Shown: positions 17,574-26,584 of the stretch, one piece after another
Layout of the letters: every line of letters starts with the position of its first letter
Numbering within the stretch: position 1 is the stretch's first letter
DNA from: Bdellovibrio sp.
GTDB lineage: Bacteria; Bdellovibrionota; Bdellovibrionia; Bdellovibrionales; Bdellovibrionaceae
Length of the DNA: 64,000 nt
Direction of reading: 5' to 3'
Assembly (NCBI GenBank): GCA_036676395.1
Contig: JAKFCY010000002.1
Span: forward strand, 256,001-320,000
Notes under the pieces: generated by a model
Told to the model about the DNA's origin: nothing
The model's input: only the letters and a program-made list of their open reading frames with translations
Database searches by the model: none
Position numbers and translations under genes: made by a program

Positions 17574-19127
17574 GTGAAAAAGCTTGGAATTTATCTATTT
17601 TTAGCGATTTTATTGCAGAGTTTTACTGCCTCAGCAGATCTTTGGACTGTGACCCAACAGTGGTCGCCAGAGCTTGAAACTCAGTATCAAGAGTGGGTAA
17701 AAACACATGCAAAAGTCGACATGTTTTCGCGTGAATTTTTAGATACAAAAAAGACTGTTAAAAATCCTTATTACGGCATGACAACTGACTGTGCTGATAC
17801 GGTTTATGCTTTGCGGGTGATTTTTTCTTTCGAAAATGGCCTTCCGTGGGCCATTAGAAATCCAGCAAATCCCAGAAAAGTTATCGCACAATCGATGACA
17901 CGTTTTGATAGTTACCCAGAGGGTGTTGCGCGCTTGCGTGCTTTTTTTAATATGCTATTTGATATCGTAAGCACAACAAGTTTACAGCACGACACGTATC
18001 CTGTTTCGATTAATAAAATTCACCCAGGTGTGATTATCTTAACTGCGAAAATCAATCATCACTCATGGACAATTGCAGGCATCGACGCTAAAGGAAATCC
18101 CCGTTTAGTGTATAATTCGGTTGTTGGTAAGGCGTCAGGTTCTAAATTACAACAGCGTTCAAGCTGGCCAAACCCGTTCTGGGTTTTCCAGCCAGATGAA
18201 AAGTTAACTGATCCAAATGATCCATTGTCGGCAAAATTTAAAGTTCCGGTCTATGTACCTGACAGTTACGCGGGATTTCGCTACTGGATCCCGGTTGATA
18301 AATTAACAACTGACATGCGCTTACTTCCTGAATACAGCAATGATCAGTACGAGCTAGATTTAAAATCGTGGAAACAAACTATTCAAACTAAATTAGCGAC
18401 TAAAAAAGAATCTCTACAAGAAGTGGTAGAACGTCTACTAAAAGATGCTTGTGACGATGTTAAGCAGCGTATCACAGCAGTTGAAGAAGCTGATCACTAT
18501 AGAAAATTATTAAAACAAGCCCAAGAAAAAGAAGCTAGTTTAATTCTAGCCAAAGCTAGCATGCTGCCGATTACCGAAAATGATCAAGACTTATTAGATA
18601 TTTTAAAAGAATACAATGCTGATAAAAATACTCTGGCTAATCCGCAGTGTTTAACAGCAAAACAATACGACCAGCTTTCTACGCCAAGCCGTGATAAACG
18701 TTTATTTGATGCGGTGATGTTAGCGCGCGCTTACTTTGTACACGCAATGGAAGCCGGTGGCACAAAAGCATTCAGCGTTATTCGGTTAAAACAGTTTAAA
18801 AGAATTTTTGCTCATCATGATAAACCTGCACGCGTTGAATCCGATTTAGCAACAGCTCCGATCGCCGCCGGTGAACTTTCAATTTGTCGTGTAAAAATCG
18901 GTAAAGAAACTTTAGACATGGCTGAAATTAAACGCCGCTTATTTAAAAGTTACCTTTCTTCGAATCCGAATGAAGATTTACTTGGCCGCTGGGGCGGTCG
19001 CGCAGATAAGCCATCAGAACTAGCGGCTAGCTGTTCGACTTACGGCGAAGTTTATAAGGCGTATGATTTAGATCAGGCCGAAGTTGAAGCACAGCATGAA
19101 ATTCAAACTTTTAAAGGTATGAACTAA
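17574..19127 (+). CDS. Secreted hypothetical protein
   Basis: GTG start with AAGGA SD; signal peptide ending ASA; DCAD and HSW motifs may indicate a Cys-His (NlpC/P60-like) fold, unproven. Confidence 0.65.
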   Translation: MKKLGIYLFLAILLQSFTASADLWTVTQQWSPELETQYQEWVKTHAKVDMFSREFLDTKKTVKNPYYGMTTDCADTVYALRVIFSFENGLPWAIRNPANPRKVIAQSMTRFDSYPEGVARLRAFFNMLFDIVSTTSLQHDTYPVSINKIHPGVIILTAKINHHSWTIAGIDAKGNPRLVYNSVVGKASGSKLQQRSSWPNPFWVFQPDEKLTDPNDPLSAKFKVPVYVPDSYAGFRYWIPVDKLTTDMRLLPEYSNDQYELDLKSWKQTIQTKLATKKESLQEVVERLLKDACDDVKQRITAVEEADHYRKLLKQAQEKEASLILAKASMLPITENDQDLLDILKEYNADKNTLANPQCLTAKQYDQLSTPSRDKRLFDAVMLARAYFVHAMEAGGTKAFSVIRLKQFKRIFAHHDKPARVESDLATAPIAAGELSICRVKIGKETLDMAEIKRRLFKSYLSSNPNEDLLGRWGGRADKPSELAASCSTYGEVYKAYDLDQAEVEAQHEIQTFKGMN

Positions 19128-19187
19128 AGTCCAGATTAAAGATGTAACCTCTGGGGAAATTCTCATGACTTCGATAAACTAGAGGTC

Positions 19188-20291
19188 ATGAAGTATTTAT
19201 TATTTTACACGATGGTTTTACTTTCGACTGCGGTCAAAGCTGAGATCGTCGAATTCAAATTACAAACTGAAAATCAAGCCTGCAAAGGTCTTTCACAAGT
19301 TGTCATCACTCAGGATAAAGTGGTGTTGTATCAACTTGAAGTTCCAATGTATGGAACGGGCCAAATCCACTTACTCACTGGCAACTACCAAATCGATGTG
19401 ATCAATAAAGCAGGTTGCACTTATCAGAACATCATTCAAATTTCTGATCTGCCAAATAAATTAATCGACGTAAAATTAGAAATGCAACCGCGTAAGCCTG
19501 CAATGACTTTAGAAGCTTCGGGCGGCATGGGTCAGGGCTTTAATCCGATGAGCTATAATTTATGGCCGTCACCCTGGTGGGGTGGTTGGGGTTATAACCA
19601 ATTCAACACGCCATTTTATTCTCCGTGTGGTTGGAGCATGTATGGCTGTAGTGGCAACTCTTACCCGCACAGTGGCAATATCGCTATGGGAAAACCAAAT
19701 ATTTATTTTAGTGGAAAAGATGAAGGTAAATTTAAATTAAAATTTACCGACGATAATTTTAACTTTTTAGCCACAGTGCCTTCATTTAAGGGAAAAGAAA
19801 TTGGTGGCGAACTTCGTAAAGGCAGTATCTATTCAGAAAACACCTGGTATCCGTATTTATTTTACGATGCCCGTATTAGCGATGACCACTTACAAAATAA
19901 CCAAGGTTTTTGCGGAACCCGCAAAGAAATCTTTCAATTTATGATGGAAGGTTTAAAAAAATATGAGTTTCCAAACGAAGCCAGAACCGATTTTGCCGAA
20001 TACTGGTCAGTAAAAATTCCTGAAGCCCTACGCTACTGCGTTTTTCCACAAGCCAGTGCACAGTTAGATAAAGCGGCGCCACTAGAAATTACTTTTGATG
20101 ATAAATCACAAGTGCGCACTGAACGATTATTCTATTTGGTGATTCCCCAAGATTACAAAGGTAAACGAATTCCTGCTAAGTCGAACAAATTCTCTGATAA
20201 ACCAAAAAATCAATGGAAGCACTATTCGCGCACCGTGATTCCAAAGGTCGCTTACATCTATGAATGGGGAGTCGGTTTTATTTTCGAATAG
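19188..20291 (+). CDS. Secreted protein of the uncharacterised KP(V/N)IY...YPYLF...EWG family
   Basis: Signal peptide; GKPNIYF, YPYLFYD, DFAEYW and terminal EWGVGF motifs. Confidence 0.6.
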   Translation: MKYLLFYTMVLLSTAVKAEIVEFKLQTENQACKGLSQVVITQDKVVLYQLEVPMYGTGQIHLLTGNYQIDVINKAGCTYQNIIQISDLPNKLIDVKLEMQPRKPAMTLEASGGMGQGFNPMSYNLWPSPWWGGWGYNQFNTPFYSPCGWSMYGCSGNSYPHSGNIAMGKPNIYFSGKDEGKFKLKFTDDNFNFLATVPSFKGKEIGGELRKGSIYSENTWYPYLFYDARISDDHLQNNQGFCGTRKEIFQFMMEGLKKYEFPNEARTDFAEYWSVKIPEALRYCVFPQASAQLDKAAPLEITFDDKSQVRTERLFYLVIPQDYKGKRIPAKSNKFSDKPKNQWKHYSRTVIPKVAYIYEWGVGFIFE

Positions 20292-20349
20292 TGCCAGGCC
20301 GTCTTTCTGGTCGCAGAGCAACAAGAAAGACGGCCTGGCACCTTTTTTT
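20291..20349. terminator. 18-bp perfect inverted repeat, terminator between convergent genes
   Basis: GTGCCAGGCCGTCTTTCT (20291-20308) pairs with AGAAAGACGGCCTGGCAC (20324-20341), then C and T7. Confidence 0.75.
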
Positions 20350-23047
20350 ACTGAAAGCGGGTTAAAGCTTCTTTAAGTGAAACTGCCTGAACTTTTGATT
20401 GCGCCAACAATAATCTGTCAGCCGCAATTACATCTTCATCAGCATTAGCTACAAACTTCTCGTTGGATAATTTGTTCGTAAGTAAGTTGATGTCTTTATC
20501 AAGCTTTTCGATGGTTTTTTGAATACGTTTTAGCTCTTCATCAAAATCGACTAAACCTTCAAGCGGGATAATCACTTTCACTTGTGTGTCTTTTACCGAT
20601 ACCGAAGTTACGGCACATTTCATTAAATCGCCATCAGCGCCGATATCTAAAGTTTCTAAACGACCGATCGTCATTAGCGCGGTACGGTTTTCGCTTAACG
20701 TTTTTTGAACAGCCTCATCAGTTACGCCCAGACGAACTTTAAGTTTAATAGCCGGGCTAATGCGGTTTTCACCGCGAATATTACGCATTGCTGTGATTAC
20801 TTCTTTAACGATATCAATTTCGTGCTCTGCTTTTTTACTGCCGAACGCTAAGAATTCACGATCATTAGCCGGTGTTGGGTAATTATCAATAATGCAGGCT
20901 TCTGCTTTTAACGGAAGTTTGGCATAGATCTCTTCAGTGATAAACGGGCAGAACGGGTGCAGAAGTCTTACGATGCGATTTAAAACATGCGCCATCACTA
21001 ATTGCGTCGCTTGTTTTTGTTCGGCGTTTTGGCCAGCCATAATTGGCTTTGAAAATTCAATGTACCAATCACAGAATTGATTCCAGATAAATTGATAAAG
21101 TTCTAAAGCGGCTTCAGAGAACTTTTCGCCCTCTAAGGCTTCTTGCACTTTTTTCTCGGTATCGCCTAGTTTTGAAATAATCCATTGGTCAAATACGCTG
21201 ATATTCGCTTTAGCTGGCATAGCTTTAAGGCCTTCAGCTGGAATCTGCATATCAGAAATGTTTGATAAGACAAAACGAGACGCATTCCAAACTTTATTCA
21301 TAAAGTTACGGTAGCCCTCTAAACGTTGTTCAGAGAATTTAAAATCTTTACCGCTAAATAAATGCGCTAAGAAACTAAAACGTAAAGCATCAGCTCCGTA
21401 TTTATCGATCATTTCAATTGGATCAATCGAGTTACCTAAAGATTTAGACATCTTACGGCCTTGAGCATCGCGAACTAATCCGTGAACATAAACTGTTCTA
21501 AACGGAACATCTTTTTTAAACTCAACGCCCATGACAATCATTCTAGCCACCCAGAAGAAAATAATGTCGTGCCCCGTAACTAAGTAATTTGTTGGGTAAA
21601 ACGTTTTTTGTGTTTCAACAGAGTGTTGATCTTCATTTGGCCAACCCATTGTTGAAAATGGCCAAAGGGCAGATGAAAACCAAGTGTCCAACACATCTTC
21701 TTCCTGAGAAATTTTTGTGCTGTTGCAGTGATCGCAGTGAGTCGGCGTAGTTTCAGCAACCGTGTGCTTTTCGCAATCATGGCAGTGCCACGCGGGAATA
21801 CGATGTCCCCACCATAATTGGCGTGAGATACACCAGTCTTCAATAATATTCATCCAGTGAAGATAAACTTTTGTCCACGATTCTGGTTCAAAACGGATAG
21901 TGCCAGATTCAACCACACGTTTTGCAGGAACAGCGAGCTCTTCCATTTTAAGAAACCATTGCTCAGACATAAATGGTTCAACGATAGCGTCTGTACGCGA
22001 ACAGTGACCCACTGAATGCATGTGTGGTTCTTCTTTAACTAATAGGCCTTGTGCTTTTAAGTCTTCACAAACTTTTTTGCGAGCTTCTATAACTTTTAAA
22101 CCCTGGTAAGGACCAGCGTTTTCATTCAATAGAGTTTTTTTAGTTAAAATATTAATAAATTCTAATTTGTGAGTTTTACCGATTTTGTAATCGTTAAAAT
22201 CATGGGCTGGAGTAATTTTCACCACACCTGAACCAAACGCAAGATCTACATAAGTGTCAGCGATGATTTTAATTTTACGATTGATCAACGGAACAGTTAC
22301 AGTTTTTCCGATCAAGTGTTGGTAACGAGTATCGTCCGGGTGAACACATAATGCTGTATCACCTAACATGGTTTCTGGACGAGTCGTAGCTACAGTTAAC
22401 ATTTCACCAGTGCTATCAACAGGATAGTTGATGTGGTAAAGAGTACCTTTAACTTGTTTGTGTTCAACTTCTAGATCAGAAATTGCAGACTCTAACGGGC
22501 CTGACCAATTGACTAAACGTTGACCTTTGTAGATTAAATTCTTTTTATATAAAGAAACAAAAGTTTTACGAACGGCTTTTGAAACGCCTTCATCTAATGT
22601 GAAAGTTGCGCGTTCCCAATCACATGAATCACCTAAACGACGCATTTGATTGTAAATACGATCGCCGTATTCATGTTTCCATTGCCAAACTTTTTCTACG
22701 AATTTTTCGCGGCCTAAATCATGACGGGTAACGCCGCCGTTTTTCTTTAATTCTTTTTCAACTACGGTTTGCGTAGCAATCCCTGCGTGATCTGTTCCTG
22801 GTAACCACATGGCATTGAAGCCAGACATACGCTTCCAGCGGATTAACAAATCTTGAATGGTGTGATCAAGTGCATGGCCTAAATGTAAAAAGCCAGTGAC
22901 GTTTGGAGGAGGTAAAATAATAGAAAACGGAGGTTTTGTTGATTGATCTTGGGCTTTGAAATAGCCTTTGTCTTCCCACTGTTTGTAAACAGTAGCTTCA
23001 ACGTCTTGTGGATTATATCTATCGGCCAATGTAGTTGGATTTGTCAT
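20348..23047 (-). CDS. valS: Valine--tRNA ligase
   Basis: PPPNVTGFLHLGH (HIGH-like), WCISRQLWWGH, KMSKS, C-terminal coiled coil. Confidence 0.98.
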   Translation of the reverse strand: MTNPTTLADRYNPQDVEATVYKQWEDKGYFKAQDQSTKPPFSIILPPPNVTGFLHLGHALDHTIQDLLIRWKRMSGFNAMWLPGTDHAGIATQTVVEKELKKNGGVTRHDLGREKFVEKVWQWKHEYGDRIYNQMRRLGDSCDWERATFTLDEGVSKAVRKTFVSLYKKNLIYKGQRLVNWSGPLESAISDLEVEHKQVKGTLYHINYPVDSTGEMLTVATTRPETMLGDTALCVHPDDTRYQHLIGKTVTVPLINRKIKIIADTYVDLAFGSGVVKITPAHDFNDYKIGKTHKLEFINILTKKTLLNENAGPYQGLKVIEARKKVCEDLKAQGLLVKEEPHMHSVGHCSRTDAIVEPFMSEQWFLKMEELAVPAKRVVESGTIRFEPESWTKVYLHWMNIIEDWCISRQLWWGHRIPAWHCHDCEKHTVAETTPTHCDHCNSTKISQEEDVLDTWFSSALWPFSTMGWPNEDQHSVETQKTFYPTNYLVTGHDIIFFWVARMIVMGVEFKKDVPFRTVYVHGLVRDAQGRKMSKSLGNSIDPIEMIDKYGADALRFSFLAHLFSGKDFKFSEQRLEGYRNFMNKVWNASRFVLSNISDMQIPAEGLKAMPAKANISVFDQWIISKLGDTEKKVQEALEGEKFSEAALELYQFIWNQFCDWYIEFSKPIMAGQNAEQKQATQLVMAHVLNRIVRLLHPFCPFITEEIYAKLPLKAEACIIDNYPTPANDREFLAFGSKKAEHEIDIVKEVITAMRNIRGENRISPAIKLKVRLGVTDEAVQKTLSENRTALMTIGRLETLDIGADGDLMKCAVTSVSVKDTQVKVIIPLEGLVDFDEELKRIQKTIEKLDKDINLLTNKLSNEKFVANADEDVIAADRLLLAQSKVQAVSLKEALTRFQ

Positions 23048-23066
23048 AGCTATCTAAGATAGCAAT

Positions 23067-23396
23067 TTAGCCTCGGTCAGTCACCATTTGCTGATAACCG
23101 CCATCAATTAGATAGACGTTTGTATAACCTTTTTTTTCTAAACTATTCGCGATGCGCTCAGATTGCTTGCCATCAGGGCATAATAATAAAAGGGCAAAGT
23201 CTTTGGGGATCTTGCGGTCGTCTAATTCTTGCTGGAGCTGGCTTTCGGTAGTCATGACCTGCCAAGCTTCGACATGCATTTTTTGAATCGAAGAATACCA
23301 AGGGGCAATATCGGTTCCAAAATTAAAGAACATAAAGGGAACGCGGTTTTCGATCAGATTATTTAATTGGTAATAGCCGATTTTATTAAAACTCAT
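23067..23396 (-). CDS. Rhodanese-like domain protein
   Basis: LLLCPDGKQS...LEKKGYTNVYLIDGG. Confidence 0.8.
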   Translation of the reverse strand: MSFNKIGYYQLNNLIENRVPFMFFNFGTDIAPWYSSIQKMHVEAWQVMTTESQLQQELDDRKIPKDFALLLLCPDGKQSERIANSLEKKGYTNVYLIDGGYQQMVTDRG

Positions 23397-24622
23397 ACGT
23401 TTACCTTTTTCGCATGATCTGGAAGATCTTTAAAAATCATAAAAATAATCGTTAATGCAAATAACGTGAAAGCACCAGCCAATAAAAATGGAGATCCTTT
23501 GAACGCGCTTTGTAGCAAAAAGCCGCCAATCGGTGGCCCAATGACTCGGCCTAACGCCGATAAACTTTGCGTGGTTCCCATAGCTAAGCCTTGTTCTTCT
23601 GGCGGAACAAGAAGTGAAACACTTCCCATAAAGGCAGGGTTTGTTAAGCCGTGACCTAACGATAACAGCGTCATCGTAATACCCATCGCCGGAATACTTG
23701 GTGCAAATGCAATTCCTGCAAGCCCTAAACCTAATAAAAGTAACCCCAGGCAAAGAACTTTCTTTTCGCCCACTTTAGGTAAAAGACGGCGCACTAAAAA
23801 GCCTTGCGTGAAAACAATGATTACGCCGATATAAGCAAATCCAAAACTGACTTCTTTGATGTTCCAGTTAAAAATTTCTTTCATGTACAGCACCAAAGAA
23901 GATTCCATTAAAGCCATCGCCAGTGTTGCTAGCGCAAAGCAGGTCATCAGGGGGCCAACAGTTTTGGTTTTAAAATAACGAGCTAAGTGTGATAGCTTTT
24001 TTTGTTTTTCAGCGCTGTTCTTAGCGCGTGTTTCTGGGCTGATAGATTCTTTTAAATTAAAGTAAGCAAAAATAAATGTAAATAAACACAATAAAGCTAC
24101 GCCGAAAGAAGAAAAGCCTGCGATAAAGCCCATGTCTGTAGACATTGTCTCGGCCCAAATAGTTAAGCCGCCACCGATCGCTGGTCCGAATAAAAATCCT
24201 AAACCAAAAGCAACGCCGATCACGGCCATACCTTTAGATCTATTTTCTGGAGTCGTCACATCTGAAACATAAGCCGATGCGGTTGAGATTGAAGCTCCGA
24301 AAAAACCGGTTAAAATACGCGCAACAAAAAGCATTTCTATTGAACGCGAATAGGCCAGTACCAAATAAGAAATCATTTCGCCCAAAAGGCAGTACATTAA
24401 AATAGGTCTGCGGCCGTAGCGATCTGATAGTTTTCCCCAAAACGGAGCAAAGATAAATTGCATCAATGAGTAAGACGCCATTAGTAAGCCCGCGATCCAA
24501 GGGGTTGCGCCGTAGTGAACACTTAAAAGCGGAATCACTGGAATGATCATTCCAAAACCTAAAAGGTAAATGAAAACTGTGAAAAATATTACGATAAGTG
24601 GTTTTGAATTTGGGTTGCTCAT
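23393..24622 (-). CDS. MFS transporter, TetA/DHA1-like
   Basis: Motif A GKLSDRYGRRP; GPAIGG; ~12 TM helices; start taken at MSNPNSKP. Confidence 0.9.
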   Translation of the reverse strand: MSNPNSKPLIVIFFTVFIYLLGFGMIIPVIPLLSVHYGATPWIAGLLMASYSLMQFIFAPFWGKLSDRYGRRPILMYCLLGEMISYLVLAYSRSIEMLFVARILTGFFGASISTASAYVSDVTTPENRSKGMAVIGVAFGLGFLFGPAIGGGLTIWAETMSTDMGFIAGFSSFGVALLCLFTFIFAYFNLKESISPETRAKNSAEKQKKLSHLARYFKTKTVGPLMTCFALATLAMALMESSLVLYMKEIFNWNIKEVSFGFAYIGVIIVFTQGFLVRRLLPKVGEKKVLCLGLLLLGLGLAGIAFAPSIPAMGITMTLLSLGHGLTNPAFMGSVSLLVPPEEQGLAMGTTQSLSALGRVIGPPIGGFLLQSAFKGSPFLLAGAFTLFALTIIFMIFKDLPDHAKKVNV

Positions 24623-24686
24623 ATTAGCCGATCTAGACCTTTGTCTTCTGCTTTTCATATATAAACTCGGTTACACTGGTGTGGCT

Positions 24687-25889
24687 ATGAAAAAAACATC
24701 AAATACACTGCGTTCTAAGATTAATTTTGTCGTCTTAACGATGACACTTTTTTCAACTGCTCAAAGCTGGGCGTTTTTTGATCCCTATCAGGTGTATCGC
24801 CAGCAAAGATTCGATTTGGCCGTAGATGCCCAATTTTATAAAACCACAGCCAATTTTGATTCAGGTGGTGAAAAAATCGACTTACCTTTTGAAAATAGCT
24901 TTCAAATTATCGATGTGAATCCCCAATTACGCTGGGGGATGTTTCGTGACCTTGGGGTTCGTTTAGGCACTAACATTGGTTCTTCTGAATCCGTTGACCC
25001 AATTAATACACGCAATAATTCTACCGTAAATCGTGTCGATGTCGGTGCCGATTACCAATTATTAAATTATGAATCTTTCCAAACGATCGTCGATTTTGAA
25101 TATTCTCATCCTATGGAAAAAGTCGACGTCGCTACTGATTCTTCATTAAACAGTAACGGGGCTTCTGAAATTAAACCAACGCTGATCATGAGAATGGATT
25201 TAGGAAGTTTTTATCCGTACGCTTATTTGGGCGCAAACATTCGCAATGAAGGCTTATCAACATTATTAACTTATGGTGTGGGCGGGGAATTTCGCTTTTC
25301 AGAATTAGGATTAGGCGCCGTTGTTGAAGGTTTTAGTTCTGTTAAAGATGATGAATTCACTAATTCAGCTTCACGCCGTGATTTAATCACGACACGAGTG
25401 AATGGTGGCAGTAAAAAGTTTTATTCAATTAATCCAAATGCATTAGCCGCAGAAGTATTTTTAAATTTTGCGATGACAGAATGGATTAAGTTTAAAGCTT
25501 ACGGTGGAGCGGATGTAACAGGGTCAAATACCTCACAAGGATTTTTTGTCGGTGGTGCGCTGACATTGACTCTTGATTATGGCAATGGCAGTGATGATCT
25601 TGAAGAACAACGTGTGATTCGTCGTTCGCAGCGCCCGGCAAAGAAAGTAAAAAAACCAGTCGATAACGGTTTCAAAGAAAGCACTGATGATGGCGTAGAT
25701 CAAAATTATTTTAAATCTGTAGATCCAAGTAATGATGATTACGTGCAACCCATTGAAGAAGAAGAACAGCAGGCAGTACCCCAAAATGGAACCAGTTCTA
25801 GTGTTAATCCAAGTACACAAGGCGATTTGGATCAACTCGGTTACCAAATCAAATTAAAGAAACTTAAAAAGAAAAAGAAAAATCAGTAG
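24687..25889 (+). CDS. Outer-membrane beta-barrel protein with acidic linker and poly-Lys C-terminal tail
   Basis: Signal peptide ending SWA; alternating aromatic beta-strands; C-terminus IKLKKLKKKKKNQ. Start moved to ATG 24687 because the longer ORF overlaps the divergent MFS start. Confidence 0.6.
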   Translation: MKKTSNTLRSKINFVVLTMTLFSTAQSWAFFDPYQVYRQQRFDLAVDAQFYKTTANFDSGGEKIDLPFENSFQIIDVNPQLRWGMFRDLGVRLGTNIGSSESVDPINTRNNSTVNRVDVGADYQLLNYESFQTIVDFEYSHPMEKVDVATDSSLNSNGASEIKPTLIMRMDLGSFYPYAYLGANIRNEGLSTLLTYGVGGEFRFSELGLGAVVEGFSSVKDDEFTNSASRRDLITTRVNGGSKKFYSINPNALAAEVFLNFAMTEWIKFKAYGGADVTGSNTSQGFFVGGALTLTLDYGNGSDDLEEQRVIRRSQRPAKKVKKPVDNGFKESTDDGVDQNYFKSVDPSNDDYVQPIEEEEQQAVPQNGTSSSVNPSTQGDLDQLGYQIKLKKLKKKKKNQ

Positions 25890-25940
25890 GACGCTTCGTG
25901 GCTATTTGCCACAGTAGCCTTTCTTATTACAATCATAACA

Positions 25941-25978
25941 AAATAAATAATGACAAGTTTTATAAGCCTTGATAGCTT
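25941..25978 (+). promoter_or_regulatory. Sigma70-type promoter with extended -10 and A-rich UP element
   Basis: ATGACA (25950-55)-N17-TAGCTT (25973-78), with TG at 25970-71 and AAATAAATA upstream. Confidence 0.55.
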
Positions 25979-26006
25979 GTCTCTATTCTATTGAAAGGAG
26001 AATCAC

Positions 26007-26090
26007 ATGATTACAAATATTAATACGCACGCCTTAGAGCAAACATTAGCCGTCGAAATGTCCGATTCTCCTATGGCACATCAATTCTAG
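26007..26090 (+). CDS. Small ORF (27 aa, MITNINTHALEQTLAVEMSDSPMAHQF)
   Basis: Perfect SD AAAGGAG 6 nt before the ATG; the SD can pair with GATTCTCCT at 26064-72. Confidence 0.4.
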   Translation: MITNINTHALEQTLAVEMSDSPMAHQF

Positions 26091-26487
26091 CAGTCTTGCC
26101 AGAATACAAAAGAGAATCCAAACAAATTTAAAGAATGAATCGCGATAATTAACATTATCGTCAAAGCTCATTGTGGCTTTTTCATTCTAAAATTTCAAAA
26201 AAACAGATCAATTATTTTTATTTAACCGCACTCGGAAACGAGGGCAAAAAGGATATTTTATGAAAAATGCTAAAAATTATTTAGCAGTGTACGAAAATTG
26301 GGAAAACTCAAACGCGGAGGAGCTTTGGCGCCTTTGGAAAAGCGTTCTAAAGTGTATTAGCCTGATCGCTTACTCATTTCACGCTATCGTGAAACTAGCG
26401 ATCGGGTTTTTATTAAATTCTAATTATTTAGTTAAGCACAACGAATTCGGAAAACTACCAGAAGAAATTTCTGGTAGTTTTTCTAAC

Positions 26488-26534
26488 AATCAGAACTGGT
26501 ATCGTAACTAATACCAGTTCTGATTTCTTTTTTT
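26488..26534 (+). terminator. Intrinsic terminator (15-bp perfect stem)
   Basis: AATCAGAACTGGTAT-CGTAACTA-ATACCAGTTCTGATT then TCTTTTTTT. Confidence 0.75.
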
Positions 26535-26584
26535 ATGTCGGACAAGGGAGGGACGATGAAGTATGTATTTTATTTTTGTAAGAA

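Larger units (their letters stand above)
25985..26534 (+). ncRNA. Candidate ~550-nt structured RNA carrying small ORFs
   Basis: At least eight complementary segments lie between a promoter and a 15-bp stem plus U-tract; no known family recognised. Confidence 0.45.

Noticed and set aside
24570..24686. Upstream extensions of ORFs in the track (also 28137, 52829, 58878, 63776)
   Set aside because: They overlap neighbouring genes or promoters; downstream starts fit SD sequences, signal peptides or family N-termini better.
26143..26160. GATAAT-N4-ATTATC as a Fur box
   Set aside because: Spacing fits neither the 7-1-7 nor the 19-bp Fur consensus, and it sits inside a larger paired structure.
26007..26225. 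Stop-codon read-through, or a TenA/PqqC-like pseudogene (HQF*QSC)
   Set aside because: Several stops, only vague resemblance and no SECIS-like evidence; the RNA structure explains the region better.
26220..26260. GNRA hairpin followed by GGCAAA as a c-di-GMP-I riboswitch, or the region as RNase P, 6S or tmRNA
   Set aside because: Lacks the GGCAAAC...GACGCAAA arrangement, the RNase P GAGGAAAGTCC motif and tRNA-like ends.
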